Shown: positions 10,653-19,078 of the stretch, one piece after another
Layout: each line of letters starts with the position of its first letter
Position numbering within the stretch: the first letter of the stretch is position 1
Assembly (NCBI GenBank): GCA_963813075.1
Contig: CAWEXU010000030.1
Coordinates: 352,001-416,000, forward strand
DNA length: 64,000 nt
Direction: 5' to 3'
Origin: Methanotrichaceae archaeon
GTDB taxonomy: Archaea; Halobacteriota; Methanosarcinia; Methanotrichales; Methanotrichaceae
Position numbers and translations under genes: made by a program
Notes under the pieces: model-generated
The model's input: the letters and a program-made list of their open reading frames with translations, nothing else
Databases searched by the model: none
Told to the model about the DNA's origin: nothing

Positions 10653-10960
10653 GTCAACTATCGCGTCCTGAAGGGCGCGGCTTGCGACTATGCAAAAAGT
10701 CGTGTCGCGTTTGGCCGGTTGACACAAGACTAGCGAAGTCCCGAGGGATCATAGATTTCCCTCTACCCGGGCGACCTGCTTTGCATGGAGATCTTAACGC
10801 CGTTGTTGCCGAATCTTTCCATTCGGCTCAGATCATTCCCTAACAGGAATCATGCCGAGCAAAGCGATTTGTCTTTCATTCACCGTCTTACTCCGGTAGA
10901 TCCGGAGTGCCCTACCTCATAGAGGCGAAAGACTGTTGCCCGACTTCATCGGGGAACTAA
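10653..10960 (-). ncRNA. putative ~310-nt structured RNA ending in a TnpB omegaRNA-like 3' scaffold
   Basis: no ORF in the track; at least 8 nested stems; TTAAATA box about 25 nt upstream on the minus strand; 3' ~65 nt align with covariation to 30497-30570. Confidence 0.6.
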
Positions 10961-10961
10961 G

Positions 10962-10988
10962 CTTACATAGTATGTGATACTATTTAAG
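10962..10988. promoter_or_regulatory. dyad-symmetric bidirectional promoter/operator
   Basis: CTTACATAGTAT-GTG-ATACTATTTAAG, 11/12 inverted match, each arm TATA-like. Confidence 0.6.
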
Positions 10989-10992
10989 ACTT

Positions 10993-11172
10993 ATGTTCAC
11001 GAACATACAGTTGAAGGTTGAAACGAGGGATCGCCTGAAATCGATAGGTAAGAAGGGAGAAAGCTATGATGCAATCATTAATAGGATCTTGGATGAGGAA
11101 TCTTGCAAGGAGCACGATTCATCCCACCCTGAAGGGCTGGGGTCTTATCTACCCCTTGAGCCCACGAGATAG
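10993..11172 (+). CDS. small ribbon-helix-helix/antitoxin-like DNA-binding protein (59 aa)
   Basis: hand translation MFTNIQLKVETRDRLKSIGKKGESYDAIINRILDEE...; typical archaeal RHH pattern; below the ORF-track cut-off. Confidence 0.7.
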   Translation: MFTNIQLKVETRDRLKSIGKKGESYDAIINRILDEESCKEHDSSHPEGLGSYLPLEPTR

Positions 11173-11286
11173 AGATTCAGCACATATGCCGCCCGTACAG
11201 CCATCTTAAAGTTACATGCAGTAGATATATCTGCTAAGGGAAGGTATATCTGCTAAAGAAATGACAGTCTATCCAGGATTACAGCC

Positions 11287-11493
11287 ATGGCCTCATTCAA
11301 AGACCTCCTCAACCAGAAGGATTTCTGGATTTTCCTTTTCGTCTTAGGGTGGCTGCTGCTCAACTGGCCCCTTTTAGCGCTGGCTGATGGCCGGGTGGTC
11401 CTCAACATGCCTGCGATCCTGATATATATAACAGCCATCTGGATAATTTTCATCCTCCTCATGTACCTGTTCGACCGGGGGAATTCCGAATGA
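11287..11493 (+). CDS. small two-TM membrane protein partnering the SSS fusion
   Basis: 68 aa, hydrophobic, ATGA overlap with the next gene. Confidence 0.75.
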   Translation: MASFKDLLNQKDFWIFLFVLGWLLLNWPLLALADGRVVLNMPAILIYITAIWIIFILLMYLFDRGNSE

Positions 11494-14400
11494 TCGGCCA
11501 GAATACCGCCCTGATAGTCATGGTCCTCTATCTGCTGCTGCTCTTCGCCATCGCCAGGTTCTCCGACAAAAGAAAGCTCCTGGGCAAGAGCATAGTCAGC
11601 AATCCCTATGTTTATGCCCTCTCCATTTCCGTCTATGTCTCCGCCTGGACCTTTTTCGGCTCCATAGGGAGAGCGGCATCTACCGGTCTCGAGTTTTTGC
11701 CCATCTATGTGGGTCCAATACTGGCCATGACCCTGGGCTGGGTGGTCATACGAAAGATGATTCGCGTCTCCAAGGAGCACAGGCTCACCTCCATCAGCGA
11801 CTTTTTGAGCTTTCGCTACGGGAGAAGCTATGCCATAGGCGCTGTTGTGGCCCTGGCCAGCCTGATCATGGTCACTCCCTATGTCGCCCTGCAGCTCATC
11901 GCCATCTCCACCTCCCTGGAAATCCTGGCCGGATCCCATACCCTATTGAGCTTCTCCTGGGAGAGCACCCTTGTGATCGCCCTCCTCCTGGGGATCTTCG
12001 CCGTCATCTTCGGAGCACGCCAGCTAGACCCCATGGAACGCCATGAGGGACTGATCGCCGTGGTGGCCTTTGAATCCCTGGTCAAGCTGATAGCATTCCT
12101 GCTGGTGGGAATTTATGTCGCTTATGGCGTATTTGGAGGGTATGGAGAAATCCTCAGCCAGATGGTAGACCAAGCCCAGCACAACCCTGCCTATGCAGAC
12201 CTCATGAATGTGGAGTACCCCCTCTGGTTCTCTTTGACGATTATATCCTTCTTCGCCATCCTATTTTTGCCCAGGCAGTTCCATGTCATGGTGGTGGAGA
12301 ACTCAGATGAAAAGCACCTCAGAAGAGCGATGTGGCTCTTTCCCCTCTATCTTTTGCTTATCAACCTGTTCGTTCCCGCCATAGCCTGGGGAGGACTGCT
12401 CCTCGGTACTCCTGGGGCTAAGGACTCCTTTATATTAAACATACCTTATAGCCGCAATCATGACCTTCTATCCCTGTTGGTCTTCATCGGAGGGGCATCG
12501 GCTGCCATTGCCATGATCCTGGTTGAATCGGTAGCTGTAGGAACTATGCTGCTCAACGACCTCGAGCTGCCTTATATATTACGTCGTATAAAAAAGCAAA
12601 AAAGCCTGGCCAATGCGCTCCTCAATACCAGGAGGCTGAATATATTTCTGGTGGTCCTCCTGGGATATCTTTACTCTCAGGTTGCTGCTTATCAAATACT
12701 GGCGGATATCGGCATCGTCTCATTTCTCGCCGCCAGCCAGCTGGCGCCTGCGGCCCTCGGAGGCCTTTACTGGAAGAAGGGAAACAGGAAAGGAGCTATG
12801 GCAGGACTGGTATCAGGATTTCTGCTCTGGTCTTATACCGCACTCATACCCACGATCAGCGGAGAGGACAGCATGCTCTCCAGCCTGGTAAGGGACGGAG
12901 CCCTTGGCCTGGCATTCCTCAGGCCCAAAGACCTCTTCGGCCTGGGCCTGGACCCGTGGACCAACTCCGTCTTCTGGACCCTCCTGGTCAACACCAGCCT
13001 GTACATCCTGGTATCCCTCCTCACAAAGCCCAGTGCAGAGGAGGCTGTAATTGCCAAATCGTTCATAAATGCCGGGAAAAAAGGGATCATAGAGGGCCAG
13101 GAGCTTTCAACTGAGCCGCAAACCCTGCTCTACGGGACAATTGATGAGCTCCAGACCACCCTGGCCAAGTACATTGGCGAAGAGAGAGCGAATAAGCAGG
13201 TCGACTTATATCTGAAAGAGATGGGGGCAACGCGGGAAACGATAAGCACCGAACAGCTTCAGGAGCTATGGGAGCAGTTCGAGAAGACACTGACCAGCTC
13301 AGTTGGTCCCTCCGCCACCAGGATGATCGTCGAGGACCAGGTGCCGGTAAAGCCGGTAGTGGAAGAGAGCAAGGAGACCATTCCTGCATTTGACCTGTCC
13401 ATGGGAAGAATATATATCGTCCCTGATATCGCTTATGAGGTCTTCACCGACCAGATCACCCATGGAGTGGAGGGGCTGTGCATCACCCATTCCGCACCGG
13501 AGGAGGTAAGGCTCCGCTGGGGATTCAAGGAGACGCCCATCATCAAATTGAGCGATGAGAAAGGAAGCGATCGATACATATCGCCCCGAAATCTGCCGCT
13601 TCTTTTCATGACCATAAAATCCTTCGTCGACTCCAGCCGGAATAGCATTGTGCTCGTGGACAGCATAGAGCAGCTGGTAGAGGAGAATAAGGGCAGGGTG
13701 CCGGAGAGGGAGATCTTGGACTTCGTCTACCAGATGGAGCTATTGGGCAGGAGGACTCATCTGATCCTGGCGGAGAGAAAGGAGTTCGTCCATATGGAGC
13801 TGAAGTCCGGCATCAATGAGGCAAAAGAGCTCCTTTTCATACTCGGTCCGCTATCTGCATACCTATTCCGGGTCTTCTCGGATGTCATGCTATCCTCATT
13901 GAGCGAGGGGGTGAGAAGAGATGCGGTCACAAAGGCCAATGAATTGATAGCAGCAGGCGGATTCTTCGAGACTGCCTCACGGAAGGGCCAGCCCTCTGAC
14001 GAAGCTGGTGCGGCCTGTGAGCCGGATATGCATGATGCTCTGGCCACCATTCCCACCCTTAACATCAGGCAGGACCTGGTGCTTACCAGGCACAGCTTCT
14101 TCCTTGCTCTGAGGAGGCTGGACAGGGTGATCAGGAGCTACGATCCCTCCTTCGACATAACTGTGGCATTGGCTGAGATCATGAAAAGCTATGGGAGAAG
14201 CCATTATGAGGTCTCGCTTATCCCGGGAACCACGTATATAATCGAAGAGGAGAAGCCCAAAAAGAGCCTGGAGGTATTCAGCGAGCTGGTGGCTCATGGC
14301 ATGGAAGGGCTGTGCCTCAGCCGCTATAATCCCGAGAACCTGCTTGAGAGGTACAGCATTCCTCCGGAGACGGTCATCTGGCTGACCCAGAAGAGCGAGC

Positions 14401-14675
14401 CGGGATTCAGGACGGTAGACCCAACGAACTTCCCCCGGCTGAGCAGCATGATCTCAGATTTCCTTGACCGGGCCAACTATCCGGTTATTCTCCTGGAGGG
14501 GATGGGCTATCTCATCACCCAGAGCAACTACGAGACCGTGCTGCGGTTCGTTCAATTCCAGAGAGACGAGATCGCCTTGAAGAACGCGATAATGCTGATC
14601 CATATCGATCCGTTATCTTTGGACACAAAGGAATTGCACCGCCTGGCAAGCGAGATGGAGCCGTTTAAAGTCTGA
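11490..14675 (+). CDS. SLC5/SSS-domain sensor fused to a STAC-like linker and two DUF835-like domains
   Basis: CbrA/CrbS-type SLC5 motifs (YALSISVY.SAWTFFGS.G, LPRQFHV.VVEN); helical linker; two GLC.(T/S)..P...I.L...NP/SP..L repeats; no His-kinase domain. Confidence 0.8.
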   Translation: MIGQNTALIVMVLYLLLLFAIARFSDKRKLLGKSIVSNPYVYALSISVYVSAWTFFGSIGRAASTGLEFLPIYVGPILAMTLGWVVIRKMIRVSKEHRLTSISDFLSFRYGRSYAIGAVVALASLIMVTPYVALQLIAISTSLEILAGSHTLLSFSWESTLVIALLLGIFAVIFGARQLDPMERHEGLIAVVAFESLVKLIAFLLVGIYVAYGVFGGYGEILSQMVDQAQHNPAYADLMNVEYPLWFSLTIISFFAILFLPRQFHVMVVENSDEKHLRRAMWLFPLYLLLINLFVPAIAWGGLLLGTPGAKDSFILNIPYSRNHDLLSLLVFIGGASAAIAMILVESVAVGTMLLNDLELPYILRRIKKQKSLANALLNTRRLNIFLVVLLGYLYSQVAAYQILADIGIVSFLAASQLAPAALGGLYWKKGNRKGAMAGLVSGFLLWSYTALIPTISGEDSMLSSLVRDGALGLAFLRPKDLFGLGLDPWTNSVFWTLLVNTSLYILVSLLTKPSAEEAVIAKSFINAGKKGIIEGQELSTEPQTLLYGTIDELQTTLAKYIGEERANKQVDLYLKEMGATRETISTEQLQELWEQFEKTLTSSVGPSATRMIVEDQVPVKPVVEESKETIPAFDLSMGRIYIVPDIAYEVFTDQITHGVEGLCITHSAPEEVRLRWGFKETPIIKLSDEKGSDRYISPRNLPLLFMTIKSFVDSSRNSIVLVDSIEQLVEENKGRVPEREILDFVYQMELLGRRTHLILAERKEFVHMELKSGINEAKELLFILGPLSAYLFRVFSDVMLSSLSEGVRRDAVTKANELIAAGGFFETASRKGQPSDEAGAACEPDMHDALATIPTLNIRQDLVLTRHSFFLALRRLDRVIRSYDPSFDITVALAEIMKSYGRSHYEVSLIPGTTYIIEEEKPKKSLEVFSELVAHGMEGLCLSRYNPENLLERYSIPPETVIWLTQKSEPGFRTVDPTNFPRLSSMISDFLDRANYPVILLEGMGYLITQSNYETVLRFVQFQRDEIALKNAIMLIHIDPLSLDTKELHRLASEMEPFKV

Positions 14676-14713
14676 GAGACTTTTTAATAGTTGGCGGACT
14701 CTAATATGCAGTT

Positions 14714-14956
14714 ATGATTGAAGTTGGAATCGTATTACTAGCCATTGTGCTGATATTCGGAGCCTTCCTGTTGCTGAGATCGGTGAAGAATTTCGTCATT
14801 AATGCAATCGCCGGGCTTTTCATTCTCTTTCTTGCCAACCAATTCATCAGCCCGGATATAGGCTATAGCTGGCTGGTCATTCTGATCTGCGGAATCGGCG
14901 GAGCGGTGGGAGCGGTGCTATTGCTGGCCCTGCATTTCATTGGGCTTGGGATATAA
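14714..14956 (+). CDS. BofA-like small membrane protein
   Basis: INAIAGL..L..AN and GIGG..G pattern, three TM segments. Confidence 0.65.
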   Translation: MIEVGIVLLAIVLIFGAFLLLRSVKNFVINAIAGLFILFLANQFISPDIGYSWLVILICGIGGAVGAVLLLALHFIGLGI

Positions 14957-14973
14957 TATTTTAAATGTATAAA

Positions 14974-15014
14974 ATAATATATTGGATATATAAGATAATA
15001 TATTGGATATAAAG
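14974..15014. repeat. two-copy 21-bp AT-rich tandem repeat
   Basis: ataatatattggatatataag followed by ataatatattggatataaag, between convergent genes. Confidence 0.7.
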
Positions 15015-15015
15015 T

Positions 15016-16248
15016 TTATCCCAGGCCCAGGCGGGCCTGCTGGGGAACACTGACATTGGCCAGAACCTTCAGCCGGTAGTCCTGCTGCAATACCGCTTTG
15101 AGCTTGCCGGAGTAAACGCTCAATGTGATCTCTTTGGTCCGGCCGTATCTGCCCTTGCTGATTACAATGGTATGCAGAATGCCCAGCATATCCAGCTCAG
15201 CAATGAGATCTGTGATCCGGCGGTGGGTGAGAAAATCAGCTTCAACCAGAGGGCACAACTGCTTGTACATATTATAGACCGCACTGGTGGTGATGTTTCT
15301 TGTTCCCTGCTCCTCTAAGAGAATAATGCCGTAGAGCACCAGCTTGGACTGAGTGGGCAGGGTCTTGATCACCTCTTCCACTCTATCCTGCTCGATCTTC
15401 TCCCTTGCCTGGCGGACATGAGCCTCTGTGACCACGGCGGATCGGGCCCTTTCCGCCAGCTCGCCTGATATGCGCAAAAGGTCCAGTGCCCGGCGGGCGT
15501 CTCCATGTTCCTGGGCAGCAAATGCGGCACAGAGAGGTATCACGCTCTCCTGCAGAGTTCCGGGACAGAATGCCACCTTTGCCCTCTGTTCCAGGATCTC
15601 TCTGATCTGCTCGGCGTCGTATGGCGGAAAGATGATCTCATCCTCGCCCAAAGAGCTCTTCACTCTGGGATCGAGAAACTCGGTGAACTTGAGGTCGTTG
15701 GAGATACCGATTATGCTCACCCGGGAGCGGAGGAGGTCGGAGTTCACTCGTGATAGGTTGTAGAGAACGTCATCTCCCTTCCTCACCAGTTTATCAACCT
15801 CGTCGAGCATAATTACCACTACTTGTTTCTCTTCATCCAGGGCATTTCTGAACTCCGCATAAACCTGATCTGTGGGCCAGCCAGTCATGGGGATATCTTT
15901 ATCGAAATGCCTTGCCAGATGGGCCAGAATCCTGTACTGAGTATCGACCACCTCGCAGTTGATGTATATCACAGCGCATTTCATATCTCCAAAGCCAGCT
16001 TCTTCCAGCTCTTTGCCCACGTATTTGGCTACCGCTGTCTTTCCGGTTCCAGTCTTTCCATAGATCAAGACGTTAGAAGGCGTTTCTCCTCTCAGAGCTG
16101 GAACCAGGACCGATGCCAGGTTATTGATCTGCTCTTCTCTATGGGGCAGTTCAGTTGGTGTATAGGTAGGGCGCAGGACGTCTCTGGTTTGAAATATTCC
16201 CCCTTGCGCCAATAAATCAGCAAATAGCCCTCTGGATGTAGGTACCAA
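15016..16248 (-). CDS. cdc6: Orc1/Cdc6 replication initiator
   Basis: LPHREEQI, GKTGTGKT Walker A, LDEVD Walker B, GDARRALDLL, winged-helix GRYGRTK. Confidence 0.97.
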   Translation of the reverse strand: MVPTSRGLFADLLAQGGIFQTRDVLRPTYTPTELPHREEQINNLASVLVPALRGETPSNVLIYGKTGTGKTAVAKYVGKELEEAGFGDMKCAVIYINCEVVDTQYRILAHLARHFDKDIPMTGWPTDQVYAEFRNALDEEKQVVVIMLDEVDKLVRKGDDVLYNLSRVNSDLLRSRVSIIGISNDLKFTEFLDPRVKSSLGEDEIIFPPYDAEQIREILEQRAKVAFCPGTLQESVIPLCAAFAAQEHGDARRALDLLRISGELAERARSAVVTEAHVRQAREKIEQDRVEEVIKTLPTQSKLVLYGIILLEEQGTRNITTSAVYNMYKQLCPLVEADFLTHRRITDLIAELDMLGILHTIVISKGRYGRTKEITLSVYSGKLKAVLQQDYRLKVLANVSVPQQARLGLG

Positions 16249-16275
16249 GATAATTCCCCTTGAACATTTTTCAAA

Positions 16276-16970
16276 TCACCCTGTGGGATATTAAGAGTTA
16301 TGGTTAACTCCCCTTCGTTTCCTGTGGAAATACTACTCCCCTACCCTATGATTTCCTGTGGAAAAGAAATAAAATTACCATGCACGCTCTTGATAGATAG
16401 TGAAATAAAATTAGCCGGTTGTAACTTTCTTTTTTATGCTATATATAGTTTCCTATTCAAGATAAAAAGTACGTCGAATTATTATATGGGGTATAATATC
16501 CTTGAGTTATGGTTATTTGATATAGGAAGCTCATTAAAAAATGACATTTTCTGTATCTAATATCGGAGGATACCGATGATCTATATCGCGATACCAGCAA
16601 AAAATTTGTTGTCTGATTGCTAAAGCGGTTAGGGGACCAAACTGACCTGATAAAGGTAGAAAAGATTTCTAAGATAAGTCAGAGCCATGCAGACCAGCTT
16701 ATAAAGCCGTTAAGGTTTTCTAAGGCAAGTCAGAGGCCTATATAAGACTGCTTTTAAGGAGGCTAAGTTTCTCTAAGGCAATTGAGAACTATACAGGCCT
16801 GCTTTTAGGGCCACATAGATTCCAAGACCAGTCAGAGGATCATAGAGGCCTGCACATAAGGCTGCATAGATCAGCAGATCTCACCTCCATTATGGTGCCT
16901 GACCCGGTGGGCAGAGGGAATGATGTTCCCAGAGAGACTCAGGTTCCAGTGGAAACCATACGGTCTCTCT
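16276..16970. promoter_or_regulatory. replication origin (oriC) with ORB elements and AT-rich unwinding region
   Basis: ORB TTCCACAGGAAACGAAGGGG on minus (16310-16329), second TTCCACAGGAAA (16352-16363), GTTCCAGTGGAAAC on plus (16943-16956), AT-rich 16380-16560, immediately upstream of cdc6. Confidence 0.85.
16664..16870. repeat. four degenerate ~51-bp tandem repeats inside the origin region
   Basis: C(T/C)AAG..(A/C)AGTCAGAG...GCCTGCTTTTAAGG units anchored at 16669, 16720, 16773 and 16822. Confidence 0.7.
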
Positions 16971-17014
16971 CAGGAGACTTGAAAGCAAATCGGCCTTTCT
17001 ACCAAAAGAGGAGT

Positions 17015-17290
17015 TCAGGCGACGGGTATGGTCTCAAGCTGGCTGGCAACATTCCAGATCAAGGTTCTGGTATGAAGGGGAATATTGGGGTCATTGCTTA
17101 TCTCATCGAGTATGGAAATAGCAGATGCTGCCTTTATTGCTTCGCTCACGCTCTCGTCCATGAGGATGGTCTTGACGCTCTCTGCAGAGCGCCTGATATT
17201 CCTCGGCACGGCATCATCGCTCATAATACGTTCTAATACTTCAACACATTGCTTAAGGACATTTTCAGCTGTCATAGAACCACCACCCAT
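17015..17290 (-). CDS. UPF0147 family protein
   Basis: VPRNIRR...[23 protein letters not shown] signature. Confidence 0.9.
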   Translation of the reverse strand: MGGGSMTAENVLKQCVEVLERIMSDDAVPRNIRRSAESVKTILMDESVSEAIKAASAISILDEISNDPNIPLHTRTLIWNVASQLETIPVA

Positions 17291-17386
17291 ATCTATGGGA
17301 AAAAGGTTATGATGTTTATCTGCCTTTAACTCAAGGATGATATATCGTTGTATTTAAACGTATGTGGTAATGCAGGTGATGGATCA

Positions 17387-17824
17387 ATGGACGAGGATGA
17401 GGTTCTCAACAAGATAACCAGGCTTCTGGAAAAGGGATGCACAATGCTGGCCACGCATCATGACTGCGGTGCGCCTCTATTCCGTTGCCAGGGAGAGGTC
17501 GTCTGCCCGGTATGCTCATTTCCGGATGAGCCGGGACAAGGTGAAAAAGCCGTTTTTACGGAATCAAAAAAGGATGAGCCGCATCATGAGCGCGAGCTAA
17601 ATGCAGCGCCTATGGTCGGGGAGAACAGGTCGAAGATAGAGGGTTCACTTAAAGGCAAGGTGACGGATGACGAGGTTGTGGAGGCCAGGTCAAGGCTACG
17701 TGCATCATTGATCGCGCGGCTGGATGAGCTATCGCGGGAAATAAGATCTGAAGGGGATCTGGATCGGCTCAAGAAGCTGCTGGGCTGCGCAGAAGGACTG
17801 CTGCGTGTGCTCGATCTTTTGTGA
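17387..17824 (+). CDS. UPF0148 / autoantigen-p27-like zinc-ribbon protein
   Basis: LLEKGCTMLATHHDCGAPLFR...CPVC; start taken at MDEDE. Confidence 0.8.
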   Translation: MDEDEVLNKITRLLEKGCTMLATHHDCGAPLFRCQGEVVCPVCSFPDEPGQGEKAVFTESKKDEPHHERELNAAPMVGENRSKIEGSLKGKVTDDEVVEARSRLRASLIARLDELSREIRSEGDLDRLKKLLGCAEGLLRVLDLL

Positions 17825-17937
17825 GCAAATCTCCCTCCTTCCATCTCCAAATCCATGTGGGATTGCAGCTGGCCCAGGACGGAAGGGCACAATTCCGGGG
17901 TTTCTCGCTCTCCACTGGAAATCAAGGGGTTGATCAA

Positions 17938-19068
17938 TTGAATTTAAAAAATTTTAGAAAGTGTGGAATAACTCCGCTATTATTTCCGCTTATACTGGCT
18001 TTGTCCTCTATGACCGGCTGCATCGAAGGGGTGCCTCAATCCCTCCATGCCTCATCTATGAATGGTGCTGATCTGCAGTCTGGGGAGTGGTCGGGCCAGC
18101 TGAGAATGGAGATCGACCCTGAGCTGGACAGCGATCTATTCAGCCTGCGAGGAAACGTCATTCTCACAGGCAACGGCACTCTTCCCTATCTCCTGCTCAA
18201 TGCAACCCTTCGCCAGGGGGCGGCTTATGTTGTGAGCACGAAGTACCTTATGATGAATCTTGAGCCGAACAGGGATTACAGCTTTGAGATCGCCAGGAAC
18301 TCGAGGCTCCTGCCGGGCGAGTACATCTGCACCCTGGAGGCATCCGGTCCCAGTGGCTCACTGGCCAGTGAGAGCAGAATGTGCTCTCTGGCTGAGGATC
18401 CGCAGAATTCGCCCTCTTCTGTTATCTCCCCTGAGGGTTACATTTCCTTATCCGACGCCCAGGCCCTCTTCACCGGCCGGGGACTCTATGAGAGGACTGG
18501 TCAAATGGAGAGCACATCCAGGGTGGAAAGAGAGCACGAGAAAGAGAGCGAGATCGAGGCTGAGGAAGAGAGCAATATAAAGGCTGAGGAAGAGAGCAAT
18601 ACAGAGGCTGAGGAAGAGAGCAATACAGAGGCTGAGGAAGAGAGCAATATAGAGGCTGATAAAGAGAGCGGGATAAAGGGTGATGAAGAGAGCGGGATAG
18701 AGGCGCAAAAGGAGCACGAGAAAGAGATGTATGCAGGCGAACCAGAATCTAAGGTGCGGGCAGAGGGAGAAGAGGAGCAGCGAGAGGATGAGAACGACTA
18801 CTTAGATCGATCGGTAGAAAATGGGGACGAAACAAAGGCGGGCACCGCTGGCGACCATGCTTTAGAATCCATTGCTGCTTATGCCGACCATGAGCGGCCA
18901 GATGAAGGGCCTGGCGAATTGCTCGTGGCCAGCAGCACCTCCAAGAAGTACCACCTGCCAGACTGCCGCTATGCTCTGAAGATCAAGCCGGAGAACAGGA
19001 TCTCTTTCCAGAGCGCAGAGGAAGCAAAAAGTCAGGGCTACCTTCCCTGCAAAAGCTGCCACCCATGA
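17938..19068 (+). CDS. putative lipoprotein with acidic repeat linker and C-terminal Ada-type Zn-binding domain
   Basis: signal-like segment ending TGC; KKYHLPDC...F.S.EEA...GY.PCKSCHP; start uncertain (ORF open from 17821). Confidence 0.7.
   Translation: MNLKNFRKCGITPLLFPLILALSSMTGCIEGVPQSLHASSMNGADLQSGEWSGQLRMEIDPELDSDLFSLRGNVILTGNGTLPYLLLNATLRQGAAYVVSTKYLMMNLEPNRDYSFEIARNSRLLPGEYICTLEASGPSGSLASESRMCSLAEDPQNSPSSVISPEGYISLSDAQALFTGRGLYERTGQMESTSRVEREHEKESEIEAEEESNIKAEEESNTEAEEESNTEAEEESNIEADKESGIKGDEESGIEAQKEHEKEMYAGEPESKVRAEGEEEQREDENDYLDRSVENGDETKAGTAGDHALESIAAYADHERPDEGPGELLVASSTSKKYHLPDCRYALKIKPENRISFQSAEEAKSQGYLPCKSCHP
18544..18705 (+). repeat. 24-bp coding tandem repeat (EAEEESNI/T, about 6 copies)
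   Basis: repeated gaggctgaggaagagagcaat units. Confidence 0.85.
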
Positions 19069-19078
19069 GTTCACCTTT

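Larger units (their letters stand above)
10653..11168 (-). mobile_element. non-autonomous IS200/IS605-type mini-element without tnpA or tnpB
   Basis: reverse complement of 11103-11168 is near-identical to the left end of the tnpB element at 29349; the other end reads CAAG-hairpin-TAGTTGAC, like the right end at 30570. Confidence 0.85.

Noticed and set aside
10653..10960. Reading the mini-element as a plus-strand HEARO/IscB omegaRNA, an IStron group I intron, SRP RNA or RNase P RNA
   Set aside because: The GTCAAC..GTTGAC start is shared IS605 end sequence. There is no iscB/isrB and no recognisable intron, SRP or RNase P core. Most interior wobble pairs and the TATA box favour minus, but the strand is not proven.
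16664..16870. CRISPR array
   Set aside because: The units are degenerate along their whole length, with no unique spacers and no cas genes.
18544..18705. CRISPR-like or non-coding repeat
   Set aside because: It is an in-frame 24-bp coding repeat.
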